Below are positions 58,617 to 64,000 of a stretch of 64,000 nt of DNA, piece after piece; the stretch's first letter is position 1; every line of letters starts with the position of its first letter. The stretch lies in the IMG/VR virus record IMGVR_UViG_3300044684_000224, positions 14,820 to 78,819 of that record; one strand, given 5' to 3'. The position numbers were made by a program, and so were the translations under genes. The notes beneath the pieces are model-generated. The model did no database searches. It was not told the origin of the DNA and saw only the letters and a program-made list of their open reading frames with translations. Source of the DNA: a virus.

Positions 58617-61600
58617 TGGGCCGCATCGAAATCCCCCGCGCCGGCGACGACTGCCGCACTGCCTACCGAATCGACTGGGGCTACACCCCCAACATCGACT
58701 TCACCGTCACCACTGACCAACTCGCCTTCTACGCCACCATCCCGCCGGAGCAGTTGCGCCAACTGGCGGATGCGTTCGCGAAGGCAGCGAACTGGGCCGG
58801 TGTCGGCGTGCCTGTCGTTGCGCGCTACCGCGGGGAGTTCGGCAGCGAGTACCACGTGCACGCGGACCGGTCCGTGTCCTACCACTCGCAGCCACCGCTC
58901 GAACTGCTTGCGCTCACCGCGGACGAGGTCGAAGCGGAAGCCGCCGCCGGTCACCTCCAACGCCTGTACGAACCCGGCGAGTGCCCGTGCCTCGCGTGGG
59001 CGCAGGCGGACATGCGGCAGAGCCACCACGGCATCGAGCATCACCAGCGCTGCGACGGAACCGGCCACCACCTCGACAAGCCACGCGAGGTGGATGTCGA
59101 CGAGGACGGTTGGTGCCGGTGCGAGCGGCACCAGCAGTGGAAACGCGACGTGCAGTCTGGTGACAGCGACCATCCGTTCGCTGGCATGTGGGCGGCGCAC
59201 CACTGCGACAACGCCTGCGTGTGTCCGACCCACGGCATCCCGCTGTACTACGAGCCCGCAGCCGGCAAGCACGGATGCATGGTCCCGAACTGCACCTACA
59301 AAACCACGCCAATGCCGTGGCCGTATCCCGCCGGACCCGAATTCCTGCCGGCGCACACGCGGCAAGTGGCCCGCGCGATGTGTCCGTGTCTGCGCTGGGC
59401 TGTCGCCGACATTCGGACCGCCGCGTACCCGAACGGCCACCACGAGTTGTGCGACGGCCACGGCAACCGAAAGGACCAACCATGACGCCCGACCTACTGA
59501 AGGCCGAACGTGTTGATTCGGGCTACGGCGTGTGCTGGCGCGGTCGGCACGCGGTCATCACGAACGGCGCCACCCACACCGTGCACGCCGAAGTCGTAGT
59601 CGGCGACCGAGACCTCGTGCTCTACGTCGAGCCGCTTGTTACCGACGAGTTGCATGAAGGTCCAGATCAAGGACGACCCGAGGCGCGGCGTGTACTGGTC
59701 CACCGACGCCGGCGTCTGCATCGCCAGCGCGACCTCGACCAATGTCGAGGTCGCCGAGTACGCGCCCGCCCGCGTCCGCGACGCCGCCCACGCCGCCGGC
59801 CGGGACTCGCCGCGAACCTCGATGCCGACCTACGCCACTACCTCGGCATGACGCTCCCGCCGGATGAATCGCTCGCACCGTAGCCGAAGGACCAGCAGTG
59901 GCCGACACGCTCACGATCAACGACCAGCTCACCGCCCGGTTCGCCACCGAATGGGACACCGGAATCGAGTACGCCCGCCTCACCGACGGCGACTTCGTCC
60001 TGATCATGCTGAAGGACGACTTCGACGTGCTCGCCACCGACCCGATCGCGCTCGTCTCGTACTTCGACGCCAAGCGCGCCGAACACGCCGCTGGCCAGCC
60101 CACCGGGACTACCCGTGCCGAGCGTGTCGGCCAGTTCCGGGCCGCACTCGTCGCAGCGACGGGAGACGAACTGTGATCACACTCCTGCTGCGACTGCTGC
60201 GCGTGCCGTGCGGCGCGTTCGGTGGCCAGTGGCCCGATCGCTGGACACGCTGGTGCATGAAGCGGTTCGGTCACAGTGACTCGTGCGCGTTTGACTTCGG
60301 CCGGCAGCCATTGGACCGTGAACGCCGACGTGCCCGGGGGTGGGACGATTGACCGACATCATTGATCTGATCGACCAGGCCATCACACCCACCTGCGCCC
60401 AGTGCGGCGCCGAACTCGGCGACAGCCTGTCCAACTACTACTGCGGACCCGACTGCCAGAAAGCCTGGAACGAGGCCCGCAGCGTGCCGCTCGTCGGCTA
60501 CCGCGAACCGTCCGACCTGGAAGCGCACTACTCGAACCAGATCGAACTGGCCAACCCGGAGACGATGCCAGACCGGCCCGACGACGGATACGACGGCTAC
60601 ACCGTCGTGAGCGAGACGCCGGCCCGCGACCCGTTCCGGTCGCTGCGCGACAGGACCCGTGGTCTACCTGCGGCCAGGAGGATTGTTGTCACGTCAAACC
60701 CCTGTAACCCTGGCGGAACGAGCCTCCCGAGCTACCTCACCGACGACCGCACCTACCGCTGGTTCGGGCCACGCCGCACGCACCTGCTCGACACCGGTGC
60801 ACCGTGGATCCGGTCACTCATCACGCCGGCGCTCGGCGACTACGTCAACTCGATCCGCCTCGAACAACGCACCGACACGCCGACGGTCGCCATGTTCATC
60901 GGCGGCTCACGCCACGGCCAAACTATCCCGGTCACCGCGCGGCCACAGCAGACGATCGAGGTCTACGTAACGCGGGCACCCACCCTGAGCGACGCGGCGC
61001 TGTTCCTCGCCGACACCATTCGGTTCGAGCGCCGGTTCTACCACCTGAGCCACCATGCCCACGGCTACTGGTACTACCTGTACGACCAGCACAACGACAC
61101 GGTCGTCCCCGCCACCGACCGGCACCCCGAACTCACCATCGAGCGCTACCATCAGGACTTTCCGCGCGATACGTCGTCAGCGCGGGTCACCGACGGCGAG
61201 TTCCACGTCGTCGGCAACTTCCCCAACCAACTCCTCGCCGACCATCCGGCGCTCCGGGCCTGGTTCGCCCACCACAGGACGATCGAGACCCAGCGTGTCA
61301 CCGACGGCTCGTGGGAGATCACCGAGCCACGGCCACCGTTCCGGAGGGAGCAGACATGACCAACGTCGAGCCACACTGGTGCACCGACCACCTACCGCAG
61401 TGGAACGCAGGCGAACCCGACGACGCTCAATGCGCGGCCTGCGGCCAGTGGCATCACTTCGGTGACGCGTTCCCGTTCGTCAACGCGTGGCGCCCGATGA
61501 CCCGGCTGGGCGTGTGGTGGCGGCGTAAGCGCGGCGTGCTCGGCGACACAACCTGGCAGCCTGGTGTCGGCCGGTACCGCATCAGTGAGCATCCCGAATG

Positions 61601-61816
61601 GGCACCCGCACCATGAGCGACCTGTACGAGGACGAGCCGCTGACCCTCCGTGGCCTGATCCAGCGCCTCGCCGACGACGACACACTGTTCGACCAGCCGG
61701 TCCATGTAGACATCCCAGACCGGGACGGCACCTACCTCGACTGCCTGATCACCGGGCTGACCGTCCGGGACGGACGCCAGGAGTTGGTCTACGAGCGGAA
61801 CCGAGACGGACGGTGA
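58616..61816 (+). CDS. Late part of the rightward run (58616-59485 Cys/His-rich, 59482-59883, 59898-60176, 60349-61359, 61356-61616, 61613-61816)
   Basis: Coupled ORFs; functions not recognised. Confidence 0.55.
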
Positions 61817-61839
61817 GCAGGGGGGCGAGCCGGTAGACA

Positions 61840-62415
61840 TCACTGGCGTTGCTCCAGCGGGCCGGACGAGTCGACGGCGAGCAGTCCTTCGAGGCGAGCA
61901 ACCTTGCGGTTCAGTTCCTCCACCGAGACGTTGTGCTCGACAAGCTTCCGACCCTGCACCTTGAGTCGCCCCTCGGTGATTGCCTGCGCCTGTTCCAGTG
62001 AGGTGATCCGTTGGTCGTGCTGCCGAAGTTGCCGGGAGTGCGCGTCCAGCCTGATCGTCTGCTGCTCGTGCTGGGCGAGTTCCAGCACGCTCAGATCCTC
62101 GACGCGCGTGCCGCGCAGCGTCTCCAGCCCTCGCCGGACCTGCCGGCCGGCGCGCTTCCGTCGATTGCGCGCCTGGTCGGCATGCTCACGTGCGGCAGCT
62201 ATGCGGTAGCCGACGCCGCGCACGTTCACCGCAGTGCGACGGTCGCGATCCTGAAGTAGCCGGATGGCGTCATACAGGGCCGCTCGACTCGCCACCAGGT
62301 CAACGCCGCTGGCCTCGTCCAGTTCCGCGAGGGTGAACACCTGGTCGACTCCACCGGTACGCAGCACGTTGTAGATCAGTTCACGCTGCGACAGTTCCGC
62401 CTTGGTCTCGAACAT
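61840..62415 (-). CDS. Winged-helix plus coiled-coil protein, coupled to the RAMP gene
   Basis: 191 aa MFETKAELSQ..; FTLAEL..helix..VNVRGVGYRI wing; heptad C-terminus; TGATG overlap at 62413-62417. Confidence 0.75.
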   Translation of the reverse strand: MFETKAELSQRELIYNVLRTGGVDQVFTLAELDEASGVDLVASRAALYDAIRLLQDRDRRTAVNVRGVGYRIAAAREHADQARNRRKRAGRQVRRGLETLRGTRVEDLSVLELAQHEQQTIRLDAHSRQLRQHDQRITSLEQAQAITEGRLKVQGRKLVEHNVSVEELNRKVARLEGLLAVDSSGPLEQRQ

Positions 62416-63023
62416 CAGTCGACCACCTTGAAGGTCGAGACCTGGAAGCGCCCGTAGCGGAGACGGAAGTCGCCGAGTCCGGCGATGGCGCCAGCGCGGT
62501 CCACGATGGTCTGGAATTTGTCGATGTCCAGCACGGTGTCGTCCACCTGCCACAGGGAGGTCAGTGCCCATTTGTGGAGCTTCGGACGGCAGCGCATGAT
62601 CTTCACTCGCTGCTGCCCGGTCGGCCGGTAGTCGACATACGGCGAGCCTTCGAGCCCAGCACCCCAGAGTTTGTCGAGGGTACGCGGCCCCTCGTAGATC
62701 AGGGGGAGTTTGCCGTCTTCGGACGCGTCGGTCAGTCCGTCGCGGATGTAGCCGCCGTCCGATGTTTTCTTCGCCGCCGCGTGGATGGACGCCCACATCA
62801 TCTGCGCCGGCAGGTATGGGCCGTAGACCTGGTCCCAATACCAGGACATCTCCCATTCCAGCCACGCAATGCGGAGCAGAACCTCCTCGGTCTTGTCCTT
62901 CCCGCGCTTGCGGGCGAGAGAGGTCTTCTCTTTGTTGCTGGGGTCGAACGGGTTTACCAGGCGTTCGGCGTTGTGGATGAGCAGTGGACGGGTGCCACTG
63001 ATGCCGATCTCGATGGTTTTCAT
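62415..63023 (-). CDS. Stand-alone RAMP/Cas7-like RNA-binding protein (VIPR-like effector)
   Basis: N-terminal strand IEIGISGTRPLLIHN, GPYLPAQMMWASI, RCRPKL..W and C-terminal Gly-loop AGAIAGLGDFRLRYGRFQV, characteristic of RAMPs; AAGGGAG RBS; no other cas genes nearby. Confidence 0.72.
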   Translation of the reverse strand: MKTIEIGISGTRPLLIHNAERLVNPFDPSNKEKTSLARKRGKDKTEEVLLRIAWLEWEMSWYWDQVYGPYLPAQMMWASIHAAAKKTSDGGYIRDGLTDASEDGKLPLIYEGPRTLDKLWGAGLEGSPYVDYRPTGQQRVKIMRCRPKLHKWALTSLWQVDDTVLDIDKFQTIVDRAGAIAGLGDFRLRYGRFQVSTFKVVD

Positions 63024-63093
63024 GCAGGACTCCCTTGTGTTCGAGCGGTCCTATTGCCAAGTGAGGCGCGCTGCCTCGTGGCGTTTACCGCTC

Positions 63094-63370
63094 CTGTGCG
63101 CGCCAAGGACTCGAACCCTGGTGTCTGCCCGTCACGCTCCGTCCCTACCTCACCTCGCCTGGCCACACCGCACCTCGCCGGACCCAGCCCAACCCAGCCC
63201 CACTGTGTGCGCCGGGGCCTCGAACCCCGGTGACTGCCAGTCGCACTCCGTTGCCAAACCTTGCCCTGCCACACCCAACGCAGCCGTACCGAACCACGCC
63301 GCACCGGACCCCACTCAGCCTCACCTCATCGCACCCAGCCATGCCACACGGTGCCAAACACAGCCCTACC
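63094..63370 (-). ncRNA. GGY-NN pentamer guide-like RNA array: two units, each a pentamer tract plus a 48-nt structured tail
   Basis: Tract A 63251-63370: 24 pentamers, 19 exact GGY and all 24 with Y at position 3. Tail A 63203-63250. Tract B 63145-63199: 11 of 11 GGY. Tail B 63094-63141. Tails are 39/48 identical. Confidence 0.85.
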
Positions 63371-63377
63371 AAAGAGA

Positions 63378-63401
63378 GCGTCCAGGACCAGCGTCCAGGA
63401 C
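63378..63401. repeat. 11-bp direct repeat GCGTCCAGGAC x2 upstream of the pentamer array
   Basis: 63378-63388 and 63391-63401. Confidence 0.75.
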
Positions 63402-63540
63402 GTACACAGTGAACCACCTGTCCAACTATTCGTCCAGCGCAACGAGAATCACCAATTACGACCAACGCGTATCAACGGAATCGGGAACGTACCAACGCAT
63501 GCCGATTTGTACGCCGCAGTGCGGCCGATGCTCCACATGC

Positions 63541-63891
63541 TCAGTCCCACAGTGCCCAGAAGTGCTCGACGAACAGCTTCAGCGCCTCGTCTATCGCTGC
63601 TCGTTCCGCCTTCTCCCGTTCGATCGCCTGCGAGTAGGTCTCACCCTCGACGTGGCGGTTGAGGTCAACCTTGAGTGGGTCGACGATGCGGGTGAGGGTG
63701 TCCCGCCATTCCTCCTCGGTCATGCTTGGGTCGTAACCCATGCCGTGGTCTCGGAGGTGTTCCACCGTCCCAGCGATCACCGAGGCCAGGTAGCAGTGGA
63801 GTTCCCACACATCCCGCTCCGACCAGCCGCGCCGTGCACGCTGGATGCGCCACTTCATCGTCCGCAGCGGCTTCGTGAATCGGGGCATCAT
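63541..63891 (-). CDS. Conserved phage hypothetical protein
   Basis: RRGWSERDVWELHCYLA..W..L..I..EALKLFVEHFWALWD. Confidence 0.7.
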   Translation of the reverse strand: MMPRFTKPLRTMKWRIQRARRGWSERDVWELHCYLASVIAGTVEHLRDHGMGYDPSMTEEEWRDTLTRIVDPLKVDLNRHVEGETYSQAIEREKAERAAIDEALKLFVEHFWALWD

Positions 63892-64000
63892 GAGGCCGCC
63901 GAGATGTCGCCGCGACTACCGCGCCACTCCACCCACAGGGCATGAAGCCGAACAGTGTCCGACGCCGAGTACCCCGTCAGCCGTAGGTAGTCACCGTCGG

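Noticed and set aside
60660-60720. RIVVTSNPCNPGG resembles a terminase large-subunit coupling motif
   Set aside because: No Walker A/B or nuclease motifs in the ORF; not enough to call a terminase.
63094-63250. tRNA genes
   Set aside because: T-arm and acceptor-like stems are present, but each module is only 48 nt with no D-arm, anticodon arm or CCA; treated as tRNA-like elements.
63405-63414. CACAGTGAAC matches 10 nt of the concatenated NN string of tract A; TACGTAACA at 7861 matches 9 nt
   Set aside because: Short matches compatible with chance; no extension on either side.
63020-63662. ORFs over the pentamer region (e.g. 63020-63304, 63145-63465, 63261-63662)
   Set aside because: Low-complexity translations of a 5-nt period with no RBS; a period of 5 and covarying RNA stems point to non-coding function.

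Overview
High-GC actinobacterial temperate phage or prophage segment, about 64 kb, with no capsid, terminase or tail genes in the window. Left to right: C1 peptidase (partial), an Acb2-like anti-CBASS gene, endolysin and holin, two BRO/antirepressor genes, a tyrosine-recombinase remnant, an XRE-DUF5753/DUF397 pair, leftward accessory genes, a tyrosine integrase, a stand-alone FtsK-gamma gene and a CI/Cro switch. A long rightward early/replication operon follows (exonuclease, AAA recombinase, VRR-NUC, WhiB, initiator, DnaB, methyltransferase, several HNH genes, many small ORFs). Two RNA-guided-looking modules stand out. (1) 15.9-18.8 kb: a Cas12m-like (type V-M) effector lacking its C-terminal zinc finger and RuvC-III, with a split CRISPR array (2 degenerate + 6 repeats of 36 bp), an unknown gene inside the split and no cas1/cas2. 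(2) 61.8-63.4 kb, minus strand: a non-coding array of GGY-NN pentamers (24 + 11 units), each tract ending in a conserved 48-nt tRNA-like module, directly upstream of a lone RAMP/Cas7-like gene translationally coupled to a winged-helix/coiled-coil gene. Module 2 is the best candidate for a novel programmable system and resembles what I recall being described as VIPR. All family calls come from motif recognition by eye; no database searches were run.
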